From contig OZ242005.1 in the NCBI GenBank assembly GCA_965204725.1, forward strand, positions 1,792,001 to 1,856,000: a stretch of DNA of 64,000 nt, read 5' to 3'. This DNA comes from Candidatus Latescibacterota bacterium (GTDB lineage Bacteria > Latescibacterota > UBA2968 > UBA8231). The notes beneath the pieces were generated by a model, which saw only the letters and a list, made by a program, of their open reading frames with translations, was not told the origin of the DNA and made no database searches. The first letter of the stretch is position 1, and each line of letters starts with the position of its first letter. The translations under genes were made by a program, and so were the position numbers. Below, in pieces: positions 1-8,808 of the stretch.

Positions 1-204
1 GGGACCATCGCCGTCTCGCTCTACAAGGGCCAAGTCTCCTTTTGTGCAGCCAGCGACATCCCCCACTCGCTCTACAGCGAGGACACCGCTTCCATGGAGG
101 CCATCGGCGACTTTGACCACCGCGATTCCGAGGGCTTCTTAGGCGTCTTGGGCGTCAGCGCCCGCGCACTGCATCAGGCCGGGCAAACTTCGCAACCTTT
201 GTAG
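1..204 (+). CDS. argG: Argininosuccinate synthase, C-terminal part (runs off the window start)
   Basis: Not in the ORF track. Frame 1 translates to GTIAVSLYKGQVSF...HSLYSEDTASMEAIGDFDHRDSEGFLGV...PL*, which fits the ArgG C-terminal LYKG/SLY/F-D-x-x-x-GF pattern; TAG at 202-204. Confidence 0.75.
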   Translation, partial: GTIAVSLYKGQVSFCAASDIPHSLYSEDTASMEAIGDFDHRDSEGFLGVLGVSARALHQAGQTSQPL

Positions 205-213
205 CAAGCCCCC

Positions 214-1113
214 TCACCCCCGCAAGAGCGGCGCGACGCCGGACCATATAATCTCCAACTCGGTCCGTGCGTCGCCGTCGAGGACGGGCACGGGGGCGCG
301 GCAAACCGCCGAGCGGATCAATCCGCGCTTTTGTAGAATCCACTTGTAGATCGCAAGCCCGTAGAGCCGCTCGTAGTTCATCAACGGCAGGAGCTGATAA
401 AAGCGCGCCCGCGCTGTTGAGTCGTCGCCCGCTTCGAGGGCATCCCAGATCGCCGCCATGGCGTCGGTCACGTGACAGCCCGGCATGTTGCCGCAGGCAC
501 CGCGCCGATATTCGTCGAGCATATAGACCCCTCCTTTGCCGCCCAAGACGCCCTTGCAGGCCGCGCCGGCCAGCGCCAACGTGCGGCTGACCTGCCACGG
601 CTCGGGGACGGTCTCTTCCTTGATGTAATCAACCCCCTCCAACTCGCGGCACATCCGCCCCAACAGCTCGCCGCTCATGGGCGTACCGACTGGCGAGTCG
701 AAATTCTGCACGCAAATCGGGATCGCAACTGCGGCCGCCAACTGCTGGTAAAAGGCGTAGCAGCCTGCTTGGTCAACGCGCAATACGTGCGGCGGCATGG
801 ACATGATCCCGTCGGCTCCGGCGGATTGGGCAAACTGGGCGAGGGCTACGGCCGGCACGGCATGGCCGGAAGTGACCGAGGCCACGACGGGTACTCGTCC
901 AGCGGCCGCGGCCACGACGATCTCGATCCAGCGGCGGCGTTCCTCGTCGGAAAGGGTCGAAAATTCGCTGGCATTGGCCGGCCCCACCAAGCCCGTAGCC
1001 CCGGCTTCAACAGTAAAGGCGACCAAGTCTCGCAAGGCCGCTTCGTCGAGCGCGTAGCTGTCGGTAAAGGGGGTGACCACAATCGGCATGATTCCGCGCC
1101 ACGTTTCAGTCAT
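214..1113 (-). CDS. Dihydrodipicolinate synthase (DapA/NanA) family aldolase
   Basis: GIMPIVVTPF, ANASEF.TLS.EER and YIKEE (Schiff-base Lys) motifs; AGGAGA RBS. Confidence 0.9.
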   Translation of the reverse strand: MTETWRGIMPIVVTPFTDSYALDEAALRDLVAFTVEAGATGLVGPANASEFSTLSDEERRRWIEIVVAAAAGRVPVVASVTSGHAVPAVALAQFAQSAGADGIMSMPPHVLRVDQAGCYAFYQQLAAAVAIPICVQNFDSPVGTPMSGELLGRMCRELEGVDYIKEETVPEPWQVSRTLALAGAACKGVLGGKGGVYMLDEYRRGACGNMPGCHVTDAMAAIWDALEAGDDSTARARFYQLLPLMNYERLYGLAIYKWILQKRGLIRSAVCRAPVPVLDGDARTELEIIWSGVAPLLRG

Positions 1114-1765
1114 GAATATCTCCTTTTAGGCCGAGCAAAGCGGCCACGGCAAAAAGCCCGTCCACCACAGCGCACTCCCCCAACTCCAACCGCCGCCGGC
1201 TCTGGTGGCCGGAAGGCAGCAGGACGCAATGGACTCCTAGTGCCGCGGCCACCTCAATGTCGTGTAAGGTATCGCCGACGAGCAGCACTTCGTCGCTCCG
1301 GCAGTTAAGGGCCGCCAAGTGCTGATGTCCGCGCTCGATTTTCCCCTCCCCCAAGCGATTATCCACTCCGGCGACTGCGGCAAAGTAGGGTCGTAGCCCG
1401 TAGTCGGCGACCATTTCTTCGAGGGACACTTGATCCGAGGCCGATAAGAGGGATTGTCCAATCCCGTTGCAACCGAGGGCGGCCAGCACGGTACGTGCGC
1501 CCGCGCGCAACCGGCACTCGCGCCGGCGCTGGCTATAGAGGATGCTGAATTCGTCGCCGAGGGCCGCGAAATCCTCGCGCCCTAGGTCAAAGCCCAAGTG
1601 CTCGTAGTACGCATACAGCGGAAAATCGAATGCCTCGCTGTACTCGCACGGGGTGATCGGCCCGAGCCCGCGACGCCCCAACAACTCGTTGACGATTTCC
1701 ACGCACAGCCAAGCATCGTCCACCAAAGTGCCGTTCCAGTCCCAGATTACGCAGCGCGGCTTCAT
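1106..1765 (-). CDS. HAD-family hydrolase (phosphoglycolate-phosphatase-like)
   Basis: WDWNGTL (motif I variant), LSAS, K, VGDTLHD (motif IV). Confidence 0.9.
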   Translation of the reverse strand: MKPRCVIWDWNGTLVDDAWLCVEIVNELLGRRGLGPITPCEYSEAFDFPLYAYYEHLGFDLGREDFAALGDEFSILYSQRRRECRLRAGARTVLAALGCNGIGQSLLSASDQVSLEEMVADYGLRPYFAAVAGVDNRLGEGKIERGHQHLAALNCRSDEVLLVGDTLHDIEVAAALGVHCVLLPSGHQSRRRLELGECAVVDGLFAVAALLGLKGDIHD

Positions 1766-1775
1766 AGCTTCATAG

Positions 1776-2519
1776 CTACTCTTGGTAGGCGACTACGCGC
1801 AGCCGCCAATAGTCGGCGCACCAGCCCTCATCGCCGTACAATGCCGGGCGGACGGCGTCCTCGACCGCTGCCAACAACTCTTCGCGCAGCGGCGGCGGGA
1901 CGCCCGCTGTCAGCGGCTCGGCGAACATCTCCAGCCAATCGCGCAACCCGCTCTCGCCTGCGAGGGGCGTTGGACGGGGAAAGTGGCTGGCATGAGCAAC
2001 GCGCAGCCCGGCCTGCTCCACGAGCCGCGCGTACTCCCCCAAGCTGGGAAAATACCAAGGCCATTGCGGATAAAGGCCCCGAGCGGCCAACTGGTCCGTC
2101 AGCCCTCGGCAGATGGTGGCCACGTTCCGCGCCCCGCCCAACTCGGCGACCAAACGACCGCCCGGCTCCAGACCGGCGGCAATACGCGCAAGGGCTGCCT
2201 CCGGCGGCTGGACCCAGTGCAGCACTGCGTTGGAAAAGACCGCATTGAACGGCTCGGCAAAGGAAAAATCCCGCGCATCGCCGACGACAAAAGATAGACT
2301 CGGAAACTGCTCGCGGGCCGCGGCGATCATCTCGGCCGATCGATCCATGCCGACGACCTCAGCCCCGGCCGCGGCAATCTGGGCGCTCAGTTGACCCGTG
2401 CCGCATCCCAAGTCGAGGACGCGCTCGCCAGCTTGGGGGTTCAAGACCTCCACCAAGCTGGCACCGGCGGCGGTGACGTAGTGGTGTTTGGCTTGGTAGC
2501 ACTCGGGGTGCTGGAACAT
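1776..2519 (-). CDS. Class I SAM-dependent methyltransferase (Tam-like)
   Basis: VLDLGCGTG, VFSNAVLHW, ADYWRLR motifs. Confidence 0.9.
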   Translation of the reverse strand: MFQHPECYQAKHHYVTAAGASLVEVLNPQAGERVLDLGCGTGQLSAQIAAAGAEVVGMDRSAEMIAAAREQFPSLSFVVGDARDFSFAEPFNAVFSNAVLHWVQPPEAALARIAAGLEPGGRLVAELGGARNVATICRGLTDQLAARGLYPQWPWYFPSLGEYARLVEQAGLRVAHASHFPRPTPLAGESGLRDWLEMFAEPLTAGVPPPLREELLAAVEDAVRPALYGDEGWCADYWRLRVVAYQE

Positions 2520-2532
2520 ATAGCCGTCCTAA
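2519..2532 (+). repeat. Solo terminal inverted repeat of the TATAGCnGTCCTAA MITE family
   Basis: TATAGCCGTCCTAA is identical to the element end at 62803-62816 and abuts the methyltransferase start codon. Confidence 0.65.
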
Positions 2533-2549
2533 GAGCTGTATAGATCGGT

Positions 2550-3824
2550 TCAAAACCGCAGGGTGGCTCTGGCCAACCAGTTCCCTCGGGCGTCTGGCAC
2601 CAGACCTACCGAGAAGCGGCCAGACTCCGGGGGCTTGCGAAATAACTCGGACGCCCATGTCGCTGTGGTAGACGAAATGATCATAACGCACCCAATGGCG
2701 ACGGTGGCACCGACGGGATCCGACCATGCATCTGTGGGGATTAGCGCAAGGCCAATCCCACCAATCCCACCCCCTAAGAGGCTACCACCTATTGAAAAGA
2801 CCAAGGAGCGATAATAATGGTGTCTATCAAATAAGCTGATCCCGGCCCCCACTCCAATCGGATAGCCAACGAAAAGAGCGACCTCAGCGTCCTGGATCGC
2901 AAGGGCAATAGCACTACCCATAAGAGTGCCAACGCAGAACTTACCCGCAACTCGACCGGCCAACTTGGAGCGTTGACGGCCCGATGATATGTTCCGATAT
3001 GCTCCGGCAATGGCGGCCCCATCCGAACCCGGCGGAAACGTCAGCCGAAACTGAGACCCATAAAAAGGGGACATTCTACCCTTGCGATATATCCCAATCA
3101 GGCCGTAGGTGGCAGCCAGAGAATCCAACGCGGCGATCCCTGTAACCGGCGTCCCCGCGTCAACAGCCGCCAACAGAGCCGCAACCACCGCCTTGTGCTC
3201 TCCGCTGACATGAATCGTGATCTCTTGTCTCTCGGATGGTTGGTTCATAGAAGGTGTTGCGTTGATGAACAGCCCAAGCTCTTCTTTTCGCTCCCTTCCC
3301 CTCGGCGTCGCCTGCTTAGCTGCATCCGCTGGCGCGGTCGGCTTGCCGCAGTTGGCAAAGGCGATAGCGTCCATCCTGACGAACCCACCCCGCTTGGCAT
3401 ACACACAGCGCAAGCCATCGCGAATCACGGCGTGGGATACATCGGCTCGCCCGCCCCGCTCGACGACAAGGCCATACCAATCCGCTCCCCACGAACCCGC
3501 ATCCGCTGAACGAAAGACGATGCCCCCGGCGTGCGCCGCCAGCCGCCCCTCGACGATCAGTTCCGCCCGGGTCGAGTCTAAGCCACCTCGGGTCTCATCG
3601 CGGTACGGCAGAAAGAGAACCTGCGTATTGGGAGCCAGCGTCAGCGTCGCTCCCGCTGCAATCGTCACGTCGCCGCCGACATACACCATGCCACGCCACG
3701 TCGTATCCTGTTCGATACGACCCGTCCAATAGGGCTCGCTGGCGTCGCTAGCCGCAGAGCCAACTCCTCCCAGCAGCAGGACGAACCACAGCACTCGATG
3801 CCGTTTAGTGAAGCCTCTGTTCAA
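2550..3824 (-). CDS. Modular exported/membrane protein, paralog A (beta-helix-like domain, subtilase-prodomain-like module, Gly-rich TM helices, C-terminal beta-hairpin)
   Basis: Signal peptide; WTGRIEQDTTW...GDVTIAAGATLTL (parallel beta-helix-like); TGIAALDSLAATYGL...FRLTFPPG module; hydrophobic Gly-rich segments; ends RFSVGLVPDARGNWLARATLRF. Confidence 0.7.
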   Translation of the reverse strand: MNRGFTKRHRVLWFVLLLGGVGSAASDASEPYWTGRIEQDTTWRGMVYVGGDVTIAAGATLTLAPNTQVLFLPYRDETRGGLDSTRAELIVEGRLAAHAGGIVFRSADAGSWGADWYGLVVERGGRADVSHAVIRDGLRCVYAKRGGFVRMDAIAFANCGKPTAPADAAKQATPRGRERKEELGLFINATPSMNQPSERQEITIHVSGEHKAVVAALLAAVDAGTPVTGIAALDSLAATYGLIGIYRKGRMSPFYGSQFRLTFPPGSDGAAIAGAYRNISSGRQRSKLAGRVAGKFCVGTLMGSAIALAIQDAEVALFVGYPIGVGAGISLFDRHHYYRSLVFSIGGSLLGGGIGGIGLALIPTDAWSDPVGATVAIGCVMIISSTTATWASELFRKPPESGRFSVGLVPDARGNWLARATLRF

Positions 3825-4506
3825 AGTGGATTCTTAACCCCATTAGATCCGCCTCTATGCGCATGTTGGACCTCTCCGATAGAGAATTCTCCATACCCAA
3901 GCCTATACGAAATACGCCAAGGTCCTCATATTCACCGTGCTGCTGGTCTGCTACTCCTCCCATTCCTAGAATGAGATACGTGCGAGGCATGATGGTATAT
4001 ATATATGCACTTAGAGTTACACCTAGCCATTTTGGGGCTATCCCCCTTCCCTTACCGCCCATCAAGAGATTGGCCTCAAAAGCCCGGTTTGAATAAGGCG
4101 CATACCTTAATGTACATCCCGCACCTGTAAAACTTCTAGTACCAGGAAGTTCCTGTGGAACTTCTTTTATTGCAACAATCGTGCCCGCCGATAAGCCTCC
4201 GAACCAACGATCAACCCTTATTGGACGGCTGAACGTATGTATCCGTCGGTACTCAAGGGCAATAGGTCCTTCAAACCCAACATCCAACGTGACCGAGTCG
4301 TCGTCTGTCTGGAGAACTCGCCCTTTCTTGGTTCTCATTTTCGCCCGCTCGTCCTCGTAAGTGACTTTCACTTTATCGCCCTTTTTGAATAGCTGCCGGT
4401 CAATCGTCCCACCTTGGCGAGTAGATACTACCTTGGACAGGGGAGCAGCGCACCCTGTTGCGAGGAGCAAAATAACCACAGTAAGAGAGCTAGAGACGAG
4501 GCTCAT
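3805..4506 (-). CDS. Putative lipoprotein (SH3/Sm-like N-domain plus a small beta-barrel-like C-domain)
   Basis: Lipobox LATGC; KKGDKVKVTY...KGRV...DSVTL; alternating beta-strand pattern in the C-half; lower GC than the flanks. Confidence 0.6.
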   Translation of the reverse strand: MSLVSSSLTVVILLLATGCAAPLSKVVSTRQGGTIDRQLFKKGDKVKVTYEDERAKMRTKKGRVLQTDDDSVTLDVGFEGPIALEYRRIHTFSRPIRVDRWFGGLSAGTIVAIKEVPQELPGTRSFTGAGCTLRYAPYSNRAFEANLLMGGKGRGIAPKWLGVTLSAYIYTIMPRTYLILGMGGVADQQHGEYEDLGVFRIGLGMENSLSERSNMRIEADLMGLRIHFEQRLH

Positions 4507-4534
4507 TGTACCCCTCTTGGTCTTACGGCTCGGT

Positions 4535-5314
4535 TCAAAACCGCAGGATGGCTCTGGCCGACCAGTTCCCTCGGGCGTCTGGCATCAGCCCTACCGAGAA
4601 GCGGTCAGACTCCGGAGGCTTGCGAAATAACTCGGACGCCAACGTCGCCGTGATAGGCTGAATGATTAGCTGCATAAAGATCCCACTCATAGGCACCCAT
4701 GGATCTATGGGGACTAGTGCAGCACCGATCCCGACTCCTAAGAAGCTGCCGCCTATTGAAAAGACCAAGGATCGAGGATAATCGTGTCTATCCAATAAGC
4801 TGGTCCCGAGCCCCACTCCAACCGGACAGCCAACGAGAAGAGCGACATCAAGGGCACCACCGATAGCACTCCCCACAAGGACAGCACTACCCATAAGAGT
4901 GCCAACGAATAACTTACCCGCAACTCGACCGACCCACTTAGCGCGTTGACGGCCCGATTGTATATAGGGTACGTTCCAATATGCTCCGGCAATGGCGGCC
5001 ACATCTGCACCCGGCGGAAACGTTAGCCGAAACTGAGACCCATAAAAGACAGAGGATCGCCCCGTACCATACTCCATCAGGCCGTAGGTGGCAGCCAGAG
5101 AATCCAACTCGGCGATCCCCGTAACCAGCGTCCCCGCGTCAACAGCCGCTAACAGAGCCGCAACCACCGCCTTGTGCTCTCCACTGATATGAATCGTGAT
5201 CTCTTGTCTCTCGAAGGGAGCCGGCTCGCTGGCGTCGCTGGCCGCAGAGCCAACTCCTCCCAGCAGCAGGACGAACCACAGCACTCGATGCCGTTTAGCC
5301 AAGCCTCTGTTCAA
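4535..5314 (-). CDS. Modular membrane protein, paralog B (lacks the beta-helix domain)
   Basis: Near-identical N-terminus, middle module and C-terminus to 2550..3824 at both DNA and protein level; TM region divergent. Confidence 0.75.
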   Translation of the reverse strand: MNRGLAKRHRVLWFVLLLGGVGSAASDASEPAPFERQEITIHISGEHKAVVAALLAAVDAGTLVTGIAELDSLAATYGLMEYGTGRSSVFYGSQFRLTFPPGADVAAIAGAYWNVPYIQSGRQRAKWVGRVAGKLFVGTLMGSAVLVGSAIGGALDVALLVGCPVGVGLGTSLLDRHDYPRSLVFSIGGSFLGVGIGAALVPIDPWVPMSGIFMQLIIQPITATLASELFRKPPESDRFSVGLMPDARGNWSARAILRF

Positions 5315-5334
5315 AGTAGATTCTTAACCCCATT
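5295..5334 (-). pseudogene. 3' remnant of a copy of the 3805..4506 lipoprotein gene
   Basis: 5295-5334 matches 3805-3844 (MGLRIYFEQRLG vs MGLRIHFEQRLH); homology stops a few bases before the MITE at 5340. Confidence 0.7.
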
Positions 5335-5339
5335 CCTAA

Positions 5340-5501
5340 GAAGCTGTCTGAAAACTCTGGTAGTCGTCCCTTGTGTCTAAACGATACCGGCTGGATTCCC
5401 GCCCCGTGTCGGGGCACGGGGTGACGTTCTTTCGCGGGAATGACGGATCCTGTCTCTACGGCGTGTTCAACAGGACCCAAGGTGGGTTTTCAGACAGCCT
5501 C
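5340..5501. mobile_element. MITE with IS5-family-like TIRs and a TAA target-site duplication
   Basis: GAAGCTGTCTGAAAAC (5340-5355) and GTTTTCAGACAGCCTC (5486-5501) are a 15/16 inverted match; TAA on both flanks (5337-39, 5502-04); no coding capacity. Confidence 0.75.
5391..5444. repeat. dRS3/REP-like palindrome with a second hairpin inserted in its loop
   Basis: CTGGATTCCCGC[cccgtgtcggggcacggggtgacgttc]TTTCGCGGGAATGAC; an uninterrupted version is at 8970-8996. Confidence 0.75.
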
Positions 5502-5525
5502 TAAGAATGATATAGGGTTGCTATC

Positions 5526-6515
5526 TCAGCCCAAGAGATCGGCGATGACTGCGCGCTCCTCTTTGAGCTCGTCTTCAGTGGCCTTGATTTTCGCCCGGGC
5601 GAAGTCGCTCAGTTCCAAGCCCTGCACGATCTCCAAGCGGCCTTGGCCATCGCTGCGCATGGGAAAGGAGAACATCAACCCCTCGTCAATCCCGTAGCTG
5701 CCGTCCGAATAGACGCCCGCCGAGAAAAAGTCGCCAGCCGGCGTAGCACTCTCAACGCTAACGACGTGGTCAAGCGCAGCATTGGCGGCCGACGCGGCCG
5801 ACGACAAGCCGCGAGCCGCGATGACGGCCGCGCCGCGCTGCTGGACGATTTGGATGAATTCCTCGCGCAACCAAGCGTGGTGGCCTATGACGTCGGGCGC
5901 CGGGCGGCCCTCAATCCGCGCATTATCGGCGTCCGGGTACTGCGTGGCACTGTGGTTGCCCCAGATAGCCATGTTGGTCACCGCCGCGACCTTGACCCCG
6001 GCCTTGTTGGCGAGCTGGGCTTGGGCGCGGTTTTGATCCAAGCGGGTCATGGCGTGGAAGCGGTCGCGGGGGATGCCGGCCTCGTGGCCGTGGGTCATGG
6101 CAATCAAGCCATTCGTATTGGCCGGATTGCCCACCACCAAGACGCGCACGTCGGCCGCAGCCCGGGCGAGTGCCCGACCTTGGCCGACGAATATCGGCCC
6201 GTTTTCCCGGATCAAGTCGCCCCGCTCCATCCCGGGGCCGCGCGGCTTGGAGCCAATCAGCAGCCCCCAGTTGACCCCGTCAAAGGCCACGTCGGCTCGA
6301 TCGGTGATCTCGATGTGGTCGAGGAGCGGAAAGGCGCAGTCGTCGAGCTCCATAACCACGCCTTCTAGGGCTTTGAGTGCCGGCGTAATCTCCAGCAAGT
6401 GCAGCGAAATTCGGACGTCGCGGCCGAACACCTCGCCCGAAGCGAGGCGCGGCAAGATAGCGTAGCCGATTTGGCCAGCGGCCCCGGTGACGGCTACTTT
6501 CACAGTGCGTACCAT
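5526..6515 (-). CDS. mdh: Malate dehydrogenase (cytosolic/Thermus-like type 2)
   Basis: [46 protein letters not shown]; AGGAGG RBS. Confidence 0.97.
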   Translation of the reverse strand: MVRTVKVAVTGAAGQIGYAILPRLASGEVFGRDVRISLHLLEITPALKALEGVVMELDDCAFPLLDHIEITDRADVAFDGVNWGLLIGSKPRGPGMERGDLIRENGPIFVGQGRALARAAADVRVLVVGNPANTNGLIAMTHGHEAGIPRDRFHAMTRLDQNRAQAQLANKAGVKVAAVTNMAIWGNHSATQYPDADNARIEGRPAPDVIGHHAWLREEFIQIVQQRGAAVIAARGLSSAASAANAALDHVVSVESATPAGDFFSAGVYSDGSYGIDEGLMFSFPMRSDGQGRLEIVQGLELSDFARAKIKATEDELKEERAVIADLLG

Positions 6516-6673
6516 GTATTCCTCCTAAAGGCGGTTTTGGTTTTTACTTAAAGAAAATCTGCCAAAAAAATCCGCTCTGTGCAATGCGGGCCGCCCTTGA
6601 TCCCACCTCGGCCCGCTGGTTATTCTACGACTTTGCTTCCAATCCACGGCCCACGAGCGAAAGGACGGCCATT

Positions 6674-7834
6674 ATGAGCAGCGACTTCGATCTCATCATC
6701 CAAGGGGGACACCTGATTGACCCTAAAAACGACCTCAACGGCCCAGCCGATATTGCCATCAAGGATGGGCGCGTCGCTGCGGTCGCCGACCGAATTGAGG
6801 GCCGTTCCGCACAGGTCATTGACGTATCCAACCTCTATGTCACCCCGGGCTTGGTCGATATTCACGTCCACGTCTATGGGGGGTATCAGGGCTGGCTCTT
6901 TCCCGACCCGCACGCCCTACCCTGTGGCGTGACCACCGTAGTAGATACCGGCGGGGCTGGATGGAAGGATTTTGCCGACTTCAAGCGCTCCATCATTGAC
7001 CCCGCCCAGACCCGCGTCTTGGCCTTTGTCAATATCGTCGGCGCGGGCATGACCGGCCCGCCCGAACAAGACGTCCGCGAAATGGACCCCACGCGCTGTG
7101 CCGCGGCGATTGAGCAATACCGCGATCACGTCATCGGCGCCAAGTCGGCCCACTTTGGCGGCCCGGGCTGGGAGTCGGCTGGCGGCGCGATCGCCGCGGC
7201 GCGTCAAAGCGATTCCATCGCCATGATCGACTTCGCCCCCCAGCCCACTCGTTCGTACGAGGAATTGCTCGAGCGCATGAGTCCGGGGGACATTCACACG
7301 CACCTGTACGCCGCCCACATTCCCCTGCTCAACGCCGACAAGCAGGTCGCAGACTACGTGCGCCAATCCCGACAGCGCGACATCGTCTTTGACACCGGCC
7401 ACGGCAACGGCTCCTTCTGGTTTCGCATCGCCGTGCCCGCCATGGCCCAAAACTTCCCCCCGGATACCATCAGCACAGACCTACACAAGGCCAGTCGCAT
7501 GCTGCCCAACGCCACCATGCCCATAACGATGTCCAAATTCCTGAACCTCGGCATGCCGCTCCAAGAGGTCGTCTATCGCTCGACGCACAAACCGGCCGAG
7601 GTAATCGGGCGTCCCCAGCTAGGCCACCTCACTATTGGGGCCGAGGCCGACCTAGCGGCTTTCGCCCTGCACGAAGGGGATTTCGCCTTTGTCGATTCGG
7701 GGCGGGCGCGCATGCGGGGCCGGCAGAAACTCGAATGCGAACTAACGCTGAGAGCGGGCCGAGTCGTCTGGGACCTAAACGGCCGCAGCCTAGTGGATTG
7801 GGACGAGGCCGGCGAATACCGCCACCTCGCTTGA
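6674..7834 (+). CDS. Amidohydrolase / dihydroorotase-like deacetylase
   Basis: TPGLVDIHVH, TTVVDTG, GDIHTH, FDTGHG, ISTDLH; start placed at MSSDF behind AAGGA. Confidence 0.88.
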   Translation: MSSDFDLIIQGGHLIDPKNDLNGPADIAIKDGRVAAVADRIEGRSAQVIDVSNLYVTPGLVDIHVHVYGGYQGWLFPDPHALPCGVTTVVDTGGAGWKDFADFKRSIIDPAQTRVLAFVNIVGAGMTGPPEQDVREMDPTRCAAAIEQYRDHVIGAKSAHFGGPGWESAGGAIAAARQSDSIAMIDFAPQPTRSYEELLERMSPGDIHTHLYAAHIPLLNADKQVADYVRQSRQRDIVFDTGHGNGSFWFRIAVPAMAQNFPPDTISTDLHKASRMLPNATMPITMSKFLNLGMPLQEVVYRSTHKPAEVIGRPQLGHLTIGAEADLAAFALHEGDFAFVDSGRARMRGRQKLECELTLRAGRVVWDLNGRSLVDWDEAGEYRHLA

Positions 7835-7860
7835 GACCTGCATAGGCCCTTGCAAACAAC

Positions 7861-7889
7861 TTGACGCCGTGTTGTTCCTTATGTATAAT
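7861..7889 (+). promoter_or_regulatory. Sigma70 promoter of the sigma factor/tRNA-Tyr unit
   Basis: TTGACG-N17-TATAAT, near consensus. Confidence 0.75.
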
Positions 7890-7939
7890 CAGTTAGTTTC
7901 ACTTATACTTACGCTACATATCTCATAGGTACGTCAAAG

Positions 7940-8800
7940 ATGAGAGGCTCTATGCACAATCTGCACGACGAGGAAAACACTCTACGGCTCTATTTCGACG
8001 ATATTGCTGAGTCCACGCCCCTTTCGAGAGAGCGCGAAGTGGAACTAGCCGATCGCATCAAAAATGGCGATATGCATGCTCGCGAAGAAATGATCAGCGC
8101 CAACTTGCGGTTTGTCGTCGATGTGGCCAAGAAATACCAAAACCGCGGCTTGTCCCTTTCCGACCTGATTAGCGCCGGCAATCTCGGCCTCATCACGGCG
8201 GCCGACCGCTTCGACGGCACCAAGGGCTACAAGTTCATTTCTTACGCCGTTTGGTGGATTCGCCAGTCCATTCTCCAAACCCTCGCCGAGCACGTGCGCA
8301 CCGTGCGCCTTCCTCTCAACAAGGTCAGCTTACTCAAGGATATTTCCAAAGCCTCGCGCAAATTGGGCCAACATCGCGCCAGTGAGCCCGACATAGAGGA
8401 AATCGCCGCTGAGCTTGAGGTCCCAGCCGAAGAGGTTCTAGAGACCATCCTCAGTGCCCGCGCCGTGTGTTCGCTCGACGAGTCCTTTACCGACGACGAC
8501 GAGCGCAGCCTGCTCAACACCTTGGCCGACAACACGGCCGCAGCCCCAGACGCCGACATCTTGAGCGAATCGGCGCGGGAGCAGCTCGAAACAGCTTTGG
8601 AAACCCTCGAGGAACGCGAATTGCGCATTATCAGGCTCTATTTTGGCCTCGACGGCAACGAGGCCCTGACGCTCGAGGAAATCGGCAACATGATGAACCT
8701 CACGCGCGAGCGCATCCGCCAGCTCAAAGAGCGGGCACTTAGCAAGCTGCGCCATCCTTCGCGGCACCGAGAGCTTAAGACGCTGGCGAGCGGCATCTAA
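7940..8800 (+). CDS. RNA polymerase sigma factor, RpoD/SigA family (lacks region 1.1)
   Basis: ANLRFVV, DLISAGNLGL, GYKFISYAVWWIRQ, TLEEIG..LTRERIRQ. Confidence 0.95.
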   Translation: MRGSMHNLHDEENTLRLYFDDIAESTPLSREREVELADRIKNGDMHAREEMISANLRFVVDVAKKYQNRGLSLSDLISAGNLGLITAADRFDGTKGYKFISYAVWWIRQSILQTLAEHVRTVRLPLNKVSLLKDISKASRKLGQHRASEPDIEEIAAELEVPAEEVLETILSARAVCSLDESFTDDDERSLLNTLADNTAAAPDADILSESAREQLETALETLEERELRIIRLYFGLDGNEALTLEEIGNMMNLTRERIRQLKERALSKLRHPSRHRELKTLASGI

Positions 8801-8808
8801 AATTTGCC

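Noticed and set aside
2550-5314. Diversity-generating retroelement (TR/VR pair) explanation for the two paralogs
   Set aside because: Mismatches involve all four bases plus indels rather than being adenine-specific, both copies are full ORFs, and no reverse transcriptase is in the window.
5295-5480. 61-aa ORF (VIPAKERHPVPRHGAGIQ)
   Set aside because: It is a translation of the MITE/palindrome fused to a gene remnant.
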